DNA of 64,000 nucleotides from Orbicella franksi (Eukaryota): NCBI GenBank assembly GCA_964199315.1, contig OZ116708.1, positions 22,320,001 to 22,384,000 of the forward strand, read 5' to 3'. Shown piece by piece: positions 1 to 11,689 of this stretch (position 1 is its first letter; each line of letters starts with the position of its first letter). The notes under the pieces were generated by a model. It saw only the letters and a program-made list of their open reading frames with translations, ran no database searches and was not told where the DNA came from. The position numbers and the translations under genes were made by a program.

Positions 1-920
1 ATACATTATTTTTCGGCTAAGGTAAAAGGAAATTTGAAACTAAAACAAAATAGCTTTTCTTTATACATTCTTACTGTACAAAACCGTAGTTTAAACAGAG
101 ACCATATCTACGCGAGCGTTATTTACTTAAAACACAATATGGGGTGCTTATCGCAAGTCACTGTTTGTTTAAGTACCGAACACAAAAGAATTGTCGACAA
201 ATACCAGTAAAACAATGCTCCAACAAAGCAGAAGTCCTATTTTTAACATTATTGTTATATTTTTCTCCTGACACATATGTCACATATTCTCATAGAAACT
301 GTTTTCTTCTTTTCTGGTTTCTGAACTCGGCATCTCAAAGACTTTAACGATGAACTGCTACAGAAATAACACCACAGCAAATTTTCTATGATTTATCATT
401 AAATACTGAAACCATTCTTCGATTATGTTTGCTAAGAATCTCGTTTGAACAAGGACTGAATCCGTGACCTTAAAATGCATTCCTAGCAGACCGATTTAAA
501 TTGGAGAGTCATATTCAAACATTGCGTGCGGGAGGCTACACAGACAGTAAACATAATTATAAAAATAATTATTTCTTTGTTTTGCCGCGCAAACTTTTTA
601 TACCAAAAAATATAGCATCAAAAGATAGCCACATCTTTCCCACTTTTACCTATTTTCAGCTTAATATCAGGTATAAACTAGTATAAATAAATCAAGATAA
701 TAAGTTAGAAATAACTAATAACAAGTTAGTAAAAACAGGTAATTCCGTGTTGCTTGGGGAAGGGATATGAACGGCGGGTTTGAAGATAATTTCGAATTCC
801 CAGCTAGTTGGAAAAAAAACAACAGCACCACTTATTGTATTGTAAACAACCGTATTCGTTTGAGCACTTTTAAATACTTTGAAAAGCACTTTTAAGTGCT
901 TTAAAAAGTGGAAAGCACGT

Positions 921-926
921 TCAGTT
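921..926 (+). promoter_or_regulatory. Initiator-like TCAGTT upstream of gene A
   Basis: About 89 nt upstream of the ATG; the same hexamer sits at the equivalent position in B and C. Confidence 0.4.
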
Positions 927-1011
927 GATAGACAAATCCGTGAACAAAACATCTCAGCTTGGCTGCTTGATCAAGTCCCGGCGAAATCAACTGTCCCTAA
1001 TGTTAACAAAG

Positions 1012-3462
1012 ATGAAGAATGCCTGTATGATTTTACTGGTTCTTCTTGTTGCTGTCTGTTCGGTAGCACGATTTCCATTCCGGCAGGTAGTCGACGGTAA
1101 GAACAATTTTTTTAAATCACTTTTTAGTAATCGCCGCAAGAAGGGCATGTAAGTCTTGTGTGCGATCATTTCAGATAGGTATTTGATCAAATGTCAAGAT
1201 CATTTGAGAAGAAAAATTTCATCAATTTTCATTCTAGTTCTAATGATCAAAATAGGAGTATTTTTTTCCACTATATCGCTTTTTTAAGGCTGTTTATAAG
1301 TTCGTTTGTCAGTTAAAGTAACTCTATAGTTAGCAGATTTGCGCGCTTTTCAGTTGTGTGTTCATAAATGAGTTTTTGTCCTTTGAATAAGCTAATGTAA
1401 ATTTTAGGCTGGCCCGGACACTGCCGAAACAAACCCGTTGTTATGGACTCTTTGTTCCCTAATCATTTTATTGTTAACTTTTTGAGGGTAAGTGTAACTC
1501 AATAGTGCATCGAAATGTGGGTAAAAGCGCGCTAAATCTTTGAAAATCTTGAATCGTTTTATGTACGAGGTTAGTAAACTGTGCTGCCGTTAATATAGCA
1601 CTCGTTATTTACCTGGTGTCTCTCTTTTGTGCTCGCTGATCATTTGTGACATGTATTTCTCTGAATACCAAATTCCGAGCTTGGAATCAGTTTTGACTGC
1701 CGCTCGTACTGTGAGAAAAAAAAATTTGCGTCGATCGGACGACGCTAAACGGAGAAAAAAAAGAGGATGGCCTTATTGGCTAACCTCAGCAGAAATGTTT
1801 TTCAAGCCAATTTTACGAGTATTCTAAGTAACACGTTCGAAACAAATTATCTGTAGTTCTTTTTGTCATATTAATTAAGTCACTGGAGCAACCGAGCGAG
1901 AAGAGGTACCGTCTCGGAATAATAAAGACCTTTAGATTCACGTTTACCGCAAACGGCTAACTGCTGTTTGAGGTTAAACGTTTGCTGTTCCGACGCTATA
2001 GTTGATTTAGATTGGAGTAAATCGAAGCGCATAGAAATCATCTTGTCAATACACTGGAAATTGTCAAAATAACGCCAATTTTTTGAAAAATTACATACTT
2101 GTAGCGTGTGTAGCTTTCTAAAGAAATAAAGCATTCAACTAAGCCGCCGCCATATCGAATTTCTACTTAGAATCAAACAAATCAACAACAACAAAAGGCT
2201 AGGCAATTGCTTGTTTCCCAAAAAATATTACCAATTTGTAGAAAAAGGGTTACTTTATTTGATTTCAGCATTGGTACGTGGCATAATATAAAATTCAAGG
2301 CAACAAGTACAGCGGCGGATCCATAGGAGGGGCCCGCCCGCCCCCCCCCCCCCTTCCTTATTTGGGTAAAAAAAGAGGATACGACCATAGTTATGATATG
2401 ACAGAGGGAAGAAAAGCGGACAGGGCAAGTAAAACAATACCGGCTTTTCCCCCGCCCCTCCCCCCTCCCCCCCAATTAGCTCAAGGTCTGGATCCGCCAC
2501 TGACCCTTACGTGAAAACCCACTTCTTGACGTTCAAAACGCGAGTCGATAACCTCAAACGTGACGTCTGGCTCGGGACACATAACCCCTCGCGGTTAGCA
2601 GTTCGCGGTAATCGTGCGGGATTAAAAGTCTCTAATGTCCCATGGAGTCCAGCTTGCTTATTGACCTTCAGAATACCAAAAAAACTTTGATCAAAGTAAT
2701 GCCTGATCGTAAATCTTAATCTTATTAACTTCATAGCCCATGCCAGCTAGATTCTTGATGTTCTTTATCTGAATTTTTTTCCTCGATAAGCTTTCGCGTA
2801 GACTCCATGAATAACAGACTCAGTCCATAGTATTCCACCTGAAAATGATCCTCATTTTGTAGAATATTTAATTTAATTTATATTTTTTTATCTTGACACT
2901 AGATACTCCACAGGGATGGGCAAGGTTGTTGCGTGGATCTAGAGTGAAAAGATTCGAAGAAGGTCAGTATATATCAATGTTATTATCGAACGAGCAGTTG
3001 GAATTAGTCGAGTTTATATTCTTTTGCAAGTTTATGGACTAAGCTAAACTTCAATGAAAATGATCTGATTGTGTTAAGATCGAGATAAAATCCACTTAAG
3101 CTAGAAAAATTTATTTTGTCCTGGTTGTCTGTATTTGTTGTGGTGTTAAAGGAGAAATCTTCCTTTACTTGAGAAGTTCTGTTGGAAATTCAGGTTTACC
3201 ACTGGTTCTCCTATCGTTGTCTCTTTAACAAATAATATGCACTCATTTCTCGAACCCGCCTGTTTCATAGCTGATGTGAGCTTTCAGAGAGTTACAGTGT
3301 TCACCCCGATGATCGTTTTTGTGCTTTTTAGGTGGTATCTGTGAAGGCTGTGCTCAAATGGTGGCCAATGAGTGCTTTTGTTATCAGATAACATACTGTG
3401 GGGTCGAGGGATGCACAGACACTGGCTCATGTAACAAATCCAACTGCCAGAGGCTGCCTTAG
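1012..3462 (+). CDS. Gene A: secreted 8-Cys peptide precursor, 91 aa, family unassigned (toxin/defence-peptide-like)
   Basis: Coding exons 1012-1096, 2903-2962 and 3332-3462 join by GT-AG phase-1 introns to give MKNACMILLVLLVAVCSVARFPFRQVVDDTPQGWARLLRGSRVKR|FEEGGICEGCAQMVANECFCYQITYCGVEGCTDTGSCNKSNCQRLP*. It has a hydrophobic signal peptide, a KR site and 8 Cys. Exon sizes (85/60/131 nt) are identical in paralog B. Confidence 0.88.
2310..2502. mobile_element. Short non-autonomous DNA element (TIR cagcggcggatcc / ggatccgccactg)
   Basis: Terminal inverted repeats around C-rich tracts; a related copy lies at ~56173-56334; absent from the mirror arm in gene B. Confidence 0.6.
3332..3462 (+). CDS. 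Gene A Cys-rich mature-domain exon
   Basis: Acceptor tttttag at 3331; reads GGICEGC...NCQRLP*; donor gtatac follows at 3471, 8 nt after the stop. Confidence 0.88.
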
Positions 3463-4040
3463 AAAGAAAGGTATACTTAATATACAAACAGTTAGCTCTT
3501 AGACTTGAGCTGCTGGTAGTCTTCCTCGTAGCCATTTTTGGAGATGTCACGCAACGCTCCTCACAAAGAGAGGGAGCGTTGTGTGATATCCCAAAATAGG
3601 GGAGCTACTGGTGGTCGAAAGTAATCTGTGCTTGCTTTTGTTGTGCATATAATTCTTGAGTTCTGTGATTGGTTTAGAATACTCGGGTGCAACCTTTATA
3701 GACCCTGATGAAAACAAAGACATTGCTCTCAGCCAATCAGCAACAATAACAAATCTTATTCACCGTGAAGTTTCCCGTGCTACCAACCGGTTGCAAACTT
3801 TCACTGAAATCTCTGATCGTCTCATTCCTGGATTCCTTCGGTTTTCCTCAAGATGATCAATAGAATTTTGCTGCACTTGTCCCTAGGGATCTCTAATTTG
3901 GAAAAAAAATGTACAAAACTGCAAACATCAAACACATGTGAATCTAAATATCTGTAATTTCCATCCAAATACAAGAAATAACGTTACGTTCATTAGGGGC
4001 GCGTTGATTGATATTTGATTAGATTTTGATGATTGTTATG

Positions 4041-4347
4041 GGCGCTCCGTCCACACTACGCCAGAAGAATTTGAAAACGGAGGTTTCTTTTTGAGAATGC
4101 ATCAAATGTTTCCTTTCTACACTATCTAGTCTATCTACGCCGGAGGAATTTAAAAACGCAACAGTTATCAGGTCATTTTGGATTTGCGTTTGAGGTAAAA
4201 TCGGTCAGGAAAATCACATGATTATCGTGACGCCATCTTTTTACGAAAAGCTCCGTTTTCGTGACGGATTAGTGTGGATGGTAGGCCTAACCGTAGGAAA
4301 AAAAAAGCTAGGTTTTCAAGTTCCTCCGACGTAGTGTGGACTCCGCC
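4041..4347. mobile_element. MITE, PIF/Harbinger-like (TIR ggc..cgtccacactacg / cgtagtgtggac..gcc)
   Basis: Inverted termini with 3' flank TTA; partial family members at ~39690-39790 and ~53455-53700. Confidence 0.65.
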
Positions 4348-4413
4348 TTAGAAGTCAAGACTGAAGCGATCATTTTAACCACGTTTTTCTCCCTTTTGAC
4401 GTCTCTTTTTCAG

Positions 4414-4585
4414 GTACAGAAAGTGTCCTATATTGAGACGCCTTCATTTCCTTGGACGAGCTGCACGTCGTTAAAGAAAGGCTTACGTTTCGCTCGACTT
4501 TCTTAGTATAGTTAAGCACAATTTTAACAACCGTAATGACTCTAGATGCAGAAGTAGAATAATAAAAGCTTTAGTTTCATTGCAG
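4414..4585 (+). other. Gene A terminal 3'-UTR exon (end approximate)
   Basis: Strong acceptor tctctttttcag at 4413, homology to the B exon at 7637 (-), and AATAAA at 4561-4566. Confidence 0.65.
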
Positions 4586-5809
4586 TCAAGGTCTTTTTTA
4601 AAATTACTGGATTAAGTTATTAAACTAGCTAATAACACTTACACTCAGGGAGACAACCGGCCCTTGCTCGAATCGCACGCAATTGATATCGTAAGCTTAT
4701 CACTTTCATATTAATTTTATATTCATCCAATCCCTGTGACACATGCATGAACTAAAATGCTGAACAGACATCGGAAGAAGATTAAAAAAACAATACTAAG
4801 TATTATGCTCATTTGTTGCTAATACGCATATCAACCCGTTTCATTCTGTTGTTCTTTTAGTTATACTCAAACTTTAAACGAGTAGTGGATATGGTCTTTT
4901 GAGTTCCCGCATTACGATCATATCCATGTAATAGAGCCTTTCTCTTAAAAAAACTGTGACCCACGAACTGCTTTGCAATTTGCCACACAGTGTTACAACC
5001 CCTATGTTACCATTTCACAACCCTCACCACCTCTCCCACCTAATTTGAGACTGATATTTCTGCAAAATGTCGGCTTCAGTATCTGCTACACACCGATATA
5101 AACTGATGTAAATTTGAAAAAAGGTGAGCCGACGTTTTTCAAATTTACCCAAATGAAATCCATTTTAATCCTCTCCAGTTTTGTCCATCCATGTCCATTC
5201 TTGGCTTTCCTGTGTTTTGTTTGAGATCTTCTATAGTTTTAAGCCGTTTTTGTGATATTTTAGTTAATTCTCTGACCATTTATCAGTGCTGAAATTGCCT
5301 AAAATTGCGTGACCCAGCCCAAGTTATGAGAAATAATGAACGAGAAAATTTTATATGCCCAAATGCCCATAAAAATTAAAGACATTATACGTTTTGTTTA
5401 AGACGTAGTCATCATTCTGGTGTTCATAAGACACTTTATTTAGTTCTTTTATAAACAAGGCAATCAGTCCTTAAAAGTCAATAAACTCAGTTTAGACAAT
5501 TTATGCATCCATGAAGTCTTCTTGACATCTGCTATTATTTGAAGGGTTAATCCCGCCGTTCTAATTTCAGTAACATATCAGTTTTGTGGAAAAAGGTTTG
5601 TGCGAATTCACTCACCTAATTAGGTATATGGTGTTAAAAGCATGTCACTTCATCTTTGCCATACATTTTCACTGATTTTCAAATGGTTGAGATAAAAGTT
5701 ACGGAAATTAGCGACAAACGAATTCGGAAGGATATAAAAGACGCATAAAAACTGAGAGTTGGAGATTACTCGTTAACTACGTCCTCTAGTTACTTGATAC
5801 TGTGAGGTG

Positions 5810-6480
5810 TAACTTAACATTGAGACATATTGCAATCACGTCGGGCTTTCACTGAAAAAGGTTTACCAGATATTGGCCAATTTCCTTGCTGCCTCTAATC
5901 GTTCTTGGAAATGCTTGCTGTGAACAAAACGAAAAATGAAAGAGCCGTTGGCGCTCTAGTGCTAAAATCTTTGGCGGCAAAATTTGCATTAATTAGGTTT
6001 CCACTGCTAACTTTTGATAGCCTTTATGTAGATATCTACAGCAGGATATGCAGTGTATAGATAAGGCTACACTTAGGATAACGAGAGGTAAAGGTGCGTT
6101 TTGAACATTGCACGTGTTGTTGCGCATAGAAACAGAAGAAAATACTTCTCGGTTTAAACAATGGAATATTTTGATGAGCTGTATATTCCATACCTCTCGT
6201 AATTCTAAGCTGTATAGCTGTGTCTATACACTGCATATCCTGTTTTAGATATTTCTATATAGGATATCAAAGAGTTAGCAGTGGATACCTAATTAAGGCA
6301 AATTTTTGCACCAAAGTCGTTCGCCCTAGAGCGCTGACCGACAGCTCTTTCAATTATTAGCTATTTTTGTTTTGCTCGCAACAAGTATTTCTAAGAACGA
6401 GCTAGAGGCAGCAAGAAAATTGGTAAATATCTGGAAAACCGTTTTCAGTGAAAGCCCGAATGCAACGTGTCAATGTCAGG
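5810..6480. repeat. Central inverted repeat (arms ~5810-6090 and ~6191-6480, 100-bp spacer)
   Basis: For example ggatatgcagtgtatagat vs gtctatacactgcatatcc, and acgagaggta vs tacctctcgt; it marks the axis of the large palindrome. Confidence 0.85.
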
Positions 6481-7499
6481 TAGCGGCTTGCAACAGGGAA
6501 TAAACTACAGTAGTTTTCTCCTACTTATCTCAGTTTGTGCTTCGATTACTACGATTATCACTTGAGTAAGGCACGACGGACGTTTGGTGACTAAGTTTTG
6601 GCCTTAAAATAACGGTGTTGTCATGGGCAACTTACCTCGTTTCCATTGGTAACAATATCAACAGCCGTGCGTCGCCTGACCTGTCGCGTCGCCTCAAATT
6701 TCGCGCGCTTTGCAGCAAACGACTTCAAAGGCCGACAAGTTGCCAATGGAAACGGAGCCAGTTGCCCGTGACAACAACACGAAACCTGGTGACCAAAGTT
6801 TAGCCTCTCTTTACTCAACTAATAATCGTAGTAGCCATTCGAATTTGTTTGTCGCTAATGGTTTGTGCACGCGGTTTGTGCATGGCAGATATTGAAGCAA
6901 ATTTTGAAATGTTGGTGTCTCCCGAGTATATCAAATTGGGAAGGAGTAACATAGCGGTTGTAACACTGTGGGACAAATTCTAAAAGAGTTTGTGGGTCAC
7001 AATTTTCTTTAGGAAAAGGACCCTTAACAAGGGTGTGATCATAATGCGAGAACTCGCAAGGCTTACTCATTTAAAGTTTGAGTTCACCTTGTCTGCGAAA
7101 AAAGAAATTAAAAATTTTACATTCTATGTACAACAATGGCACGGGTCGATACGTGTATTAGCAACAAATGAGCGTAATACTTTGTATTGTTTTGTAACTC
7201 TTCTTTTGATGTCTATATTGATCGTTTTACTTTATAACATGTGACAGGGAATGGATAAATATGAAATGAATATAAAAGTGGTGAACTTATTATATCTATT
7301 TAGTGAAATTCGTACAAGGGCGTTGTTTTCCTGTTTGCAAGTGTCAGCTAGTTACTAACTTAATTAATCCAAGATTTTTAAAATGAAGACTTTGATTGCA
7401 ATGAAGGCTTTTACTGTTCTATTTGTGCATTGAGAGTCATAAAAACACAACACTTTACTATGGAGTAAAACACAGTTAAAAAAGGTTTAAATTTCGTTT

Positions 7500-7637
7500 A
7501 TAGCGATTTTTACAGTTGTCAGTTAAAAATGTGCTAAACTATAATAAGAAAGTCGAGCGTGACTTAAGCGTCTCTATAACAACGTACAGCTCGTCCGAGG
7601 TAATGGGTGCGTCTCAATATATCACGCATTTCTGTGC
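7500..7637 (-). other. Gene B terminal 3'-UTR exon (end approximate)
   Basis: Acceptor ttctttctttcag on the minus strand at 7638; homologous to the A exon at 4414. Confidence 0.6.
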
Positions 7638-8178
7638 CTGAAAGAAAGAAGTCAAGAGCGAGAAAAACGTCATTAAAATGACTGCTTAAGTCTTTATGAC
7701 TTATAACTGTTAAACTCATCAAAATCATCAAAATCCAGTCAAATAAAAGTTTTATTTCTTTCAGCCATGTCTGCAAGTGAACTAGCTAGGTGTAGCTAAG
7801 CGCATTGACCACCATAAAACAACAACATTTAAACTTTTTTTGCAAACTTTTCCGAATGAGAGATTTCTTGTAGCAAATGAAGTTAACTTTTACGGATCAT
7901 CCTGAGACAAACCAAAGGAATCATATCTGGCCAATCACAGCATTCAAAATTCAGCAGGAATCAGCTCATTTTGCAAATGTTTTTGTTGCTGATTGGCTGA
8001 GAGCCATGTATTTGTTTTCATCAGGGTTTATATAGGTTGCACGCGAGTATTTAAAACCAATGACAGAACTCATGAATGAAGTACAAAACAAAAGCAAACG
8101 CACATTTAGTTTCGACCACCAGTACATGTAGCTCAAGTCTAAAAGCTAGACGTCTGTATATTAAGTATACCTTGTATT

Positions 8179-8309
8179 CTAACGTAGACTCTGGCAGTTG
8201 GATCTGTTACACGAACCAATGTCTGCGCATCCCATTCCACGACAGTATGTTATCTGATAACAAAAGCACTCATTGGCCACCATTTGAGCACAGCCTTCAC
8301 AGATACCAC
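8179..8309 (-). CDS. Gene B Cys-rich mature-domain exon
   Basis: Acceptor catgtcag; 8 Cys; stop TAG followed 8 nt later by donor gtatac. Confidence 0.88.
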
Positions 8310-11214
8310 CTGACATGGCAAGCACAAAAAATAAGCATCGGGGTGAACATTGTAACTCTCTGAAAGCTCACATTGAAACAGCCACGTACGAAAAAAGATT
8401 ATATTATATAATGATAGACACTTAATAAAAGGTATCCCTGTTTATAAGATATTTAAGATAGTAGGCTCGCTCTAATTGGTCTATAGGCGTTTAGATGAGA
8501 GTATGTAGACACGGTTTTTGAGAAATGTTTTATAAAAACACTGAAGGACTTTTTCTGCGTTTACAGAGCGTCGTCTAAACACTCTGAGAGTTGGGAGAAT
8601 TCTCGAAAGTTATCTAAACCCTCCACTGCGTCTAGGGTTTGTATAACTAGTTGTCTCGAATTCTTCCAACTTTCCTCGTGTTTAGATGAGGCTGCGTAAA
8701 CACGGAAAAAGTCTTTTATTCCTCTTGTTTCGCCAAAAATTAAGAGTACCTTTTATCTTGAGGAGCAATGCTGGCTCGATGGGGTTTTATCAGGTCTGTC
8801 AGGGATAACCATTACTCTACTACAACGTTCTATCACGAATGCTGTTCTCTTATTGGTTACGGTATATAAAATGTCAAATTATTCTCGCATTTTCATTGAT
8901 TCCAGTGTATGATCGATTGGAGGGTAGACGTTTTCTGAAGGCTGGCACGTGCGAAAAAAAGAGATTATATTATTTGTTTTAAAATAGACAACGATGGGAG
9001 AGCCCATAAGCATCTTGGATTTTCAACAGAATTTCTCAACATGCTTCACCATTGACATTTCTCCTTTAACACCACAAACAGACAATCAGGATAAAACAAA
9101 ATTATCTAGGCGGCTTAACTTCACTGTATATCTGATCACAATTATTTTCATAGCAATTCGGCTTGGTCCAAAAAAAAAATAATGCAAAAAATAACTCGAT
9201 CAATCCCAACACGGACCTCTCGCTCATTCAATAACATTGATATATACTGACCTTCTTCAAATCTTTTAAATAAAGAACCACGCAACTCCCTTGCCCTTCC
9301 CTGTTGAGTATCTAGTGTTAAGATTAAAAAAAAATGTCAACGTAGACATTTTGTAACATCAAGATCATTTTTAGGTGGAATACTAACCTACTGTAAGTTA
9401 CCGACCGAGTTTTTTTTATGGAGTCTACGCGGAAGCTTTTTGAGGGAAACATTCGGACAAAGAACATCAGAAATCAAGCTGACATGAGCTATGGCGCTAG
9501 TAAGCTGAAAGTTTACGATCAGGCATTGCTTTGATCAAGTGTTGTTTGGTATTCTAAAACTCACTACACGCTTCCCGCGAACTACTAACCGCTAGGGGTC
9601 ACGTGACCAGAGCCAGACGTCACGTTTGAGGTTTCGACTTGCTTTTTGAACGTCAAGGGGCAGGTTTTCACGGAAGTCTTTTACTTCAAATAATCCGTAA
9701 CTGAGGTACCAAGATCCTGTTTTGTGGGTGTGCCTTGAAATGTTTTTCCACAAGAGGTACCAATTCTAAAACAACCATGAACTGACACTTCATTAGCGAT
9801 AAAGAAGATTGCATCGAATACCTTCTACTTGTAAAGTTGTTTGTAAAATGTCTTTTGTCATACTTTTTTGGAATCAATACCTTAAAAGGTACCGCAAAAG
9901 CTCTCGCTGTGGAACTTATCAGGCCAAACAGCTTAAGAATTACCAAAACCACTTTTTTAACCCCTGAAAGGGACGACGAGCGTTCCCGTCCTTTTTAAAT
10001 TGGAGTCATCCGCGGGGCATCTAACCTAAAACCGGAGTTAGACGTTTGCAGAAAACTTAATTAAGTAGCAGTAATTAATTAAGTAGTGCCAATTATTTTG
10101 AATGGTATTAAGCAGCTTTTGAAAACGGAAAAGAACAGATAATTTGTTTGGAGCTAAGAGATTATCAAGGTAATCTCTTGTTGGAACGTATTATTTAAAA
10201 TACTCCGTACAATTGGCTGTAAGAATATTTCTGGTGAGGTGAGCCAACAATGGGCAAATAGAATTTGCGCGCGGAATTCTGGTGTCAAAACTTCTCAGAG
10301 GAGTCAGTAGCAAATTCTAAGCTCGGAATTTGGTATCCAGAGGAATTAAATGTCACAAATGATCAGCGATCACAAGAGAGAGAGAGAGAGTCGCTAAGTG
10401 TATAGCAAGTTAACGCCAGCACAGCTCTCTAATTCTGACGTAAAACGATTCAAGATTAATTATCAAAGATTTGGCGCCCTTTTAAACACATTTCGATGCA
10501 CTATTGGGTTACACTTATTCTCAAAAGGTCAACAAAAAAAATCGTGAAGGAACAACGAGTCCATAAGAACGGGTCTGTTTCGCAAATGTCCGGGCTAACC
10601 TAAAATTTACACAAGCTTATTCAATGGTCAAAAATTCATCTATATACACATAACTGAAAAGCGCGCGAATCTGCAAGTGCCTACTTGACAGTCACGTTTA
10701 CTGACTTAGGGAACTTTTCCCCTAGCCTTAAAAAAATGCAATATTGGAAAATACTCTTATTTTGATCATTAGAACAGAATGAAAATCGCCAAATGATCTT
10801 GACATTTGATCAAATACCTATCAGAAATAATCGTACACCAGGTATAGATTACATTAGCTAATTATGAAGACACAACTGAAAAGCGCGCAAATCTGCTAAC
10901 TACAAAGTTACTTTAACTGACTAAAGAACTTATAAACTAGCCTTAAAAAGCGATATAGTGGAAATATATTTCTATTTTGATCATGAGAACTAGAATGAAA
11001 ATCGATGAAATTTTTCTTTCCAAATGATCTTGACGTTTGATCAAATACCTGTCCGAAATGATCGCACACAAGGCTTACATGTCTTTCTCGCGCCAATTAA
11101 TAAAAGTTGATTCAAAAAAGTGTTCTCACCCTCCAATCGACGTTGAAATGGAAATTGCGCTGCTGAACAGACTACAACAAGAAGAACTAGCAAAATTACA
11201 CAGGTATTCTTCAT
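8179..11214 (-). CDS. Gene B: secreted 8-Cys peptide precursor, 91 aa, paralog of gene A
   Basis: Exons 11214-11130, 9311-9252 and 8309-8179 give MKNTCVILLVLLVVVCSAAQFPFQRRLEDTQQGRARELRGSLFKR|FEEGGICEGCAQMVANECFCYQITYCRGMGCADIGSCNRSNCQSLR*. All GT-AG phase-1 junctions are intact. Confidence 0.88.
10640..11070. repeat. Diverged tandem duplication (~225-bp unit) in gene B intron 1
   Basis: aactgaaaagcgcgc...caaatgatcttgac.tttgatcaaatacct occurs twice; gene A has one copy. Confidence 0.7.
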
Positions 11215-11689
11215 CTTCGTTAGCTTTACAAACAGTTGATCTCAGGACTTGAACAAGCAGCCAAGCTGAGATGTTTTGTTCACGGATTTATCTTTCAACT
11301 GAACGCGCTTTCTATTGAGTCTCTAACTAATACGATTATTTCGTACAATAGAACAATACATTATAGAATATTAATAAAAACTGGCTCACTGGATAATGCA
11401 ATTCAAGAGCTTTCATTGGCTTAGCCATCATGGTATCTGAGCCATTACGGCCATACTCTTCATATCTGGAAGCGTATGTACGCGTAATTTTTGTTGGCGT
11501 TTTTACTTTCATTTTGGTTTGGTTTGCTATATTTTGGAAACAAACAATTATTCCACGCGCTTGTTGGATATCAGATGATTATAGCCAATCTCGGTGCTGC
11601 GCAATCGTTGGCTATCTACCATCTCATATGCAACGCGCGCTCGTGGAATAAGTGTTAATTACAGAATATTTGCGCGCGAATTATAGACC

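Larger units (their letters stand above)
905..11315. repeat. Degenerate ~10.4-kb palindrome (inverted duplication) carrying genes A and B
   Basis: Mirror-matching segments: exon1 1012/11214, intron 1500-1700/10300-10510, exon2 2903/9311, exon3 3332/8309, last exon 4414/7637, intergenic 4690-4850/7140-7290, 5705/6855 and 5810-6090/6191-6480. Confidence 0.85.

Noticed and set aside
3149-3190. Cryptic 42-nt exon (GEIFLYLRSSVGNS) in gene A intron 2
   Set aside because: The donor is weak, and the mirror region in gene B has a frame-shifting 7-nt length difference and a stop.
3284-8363. Paired ORFs 3284-3550 (-) and 8076-8363 (+) with similar translations
   Set aside because: They are antisense shadows of the Cys exons of A and B.
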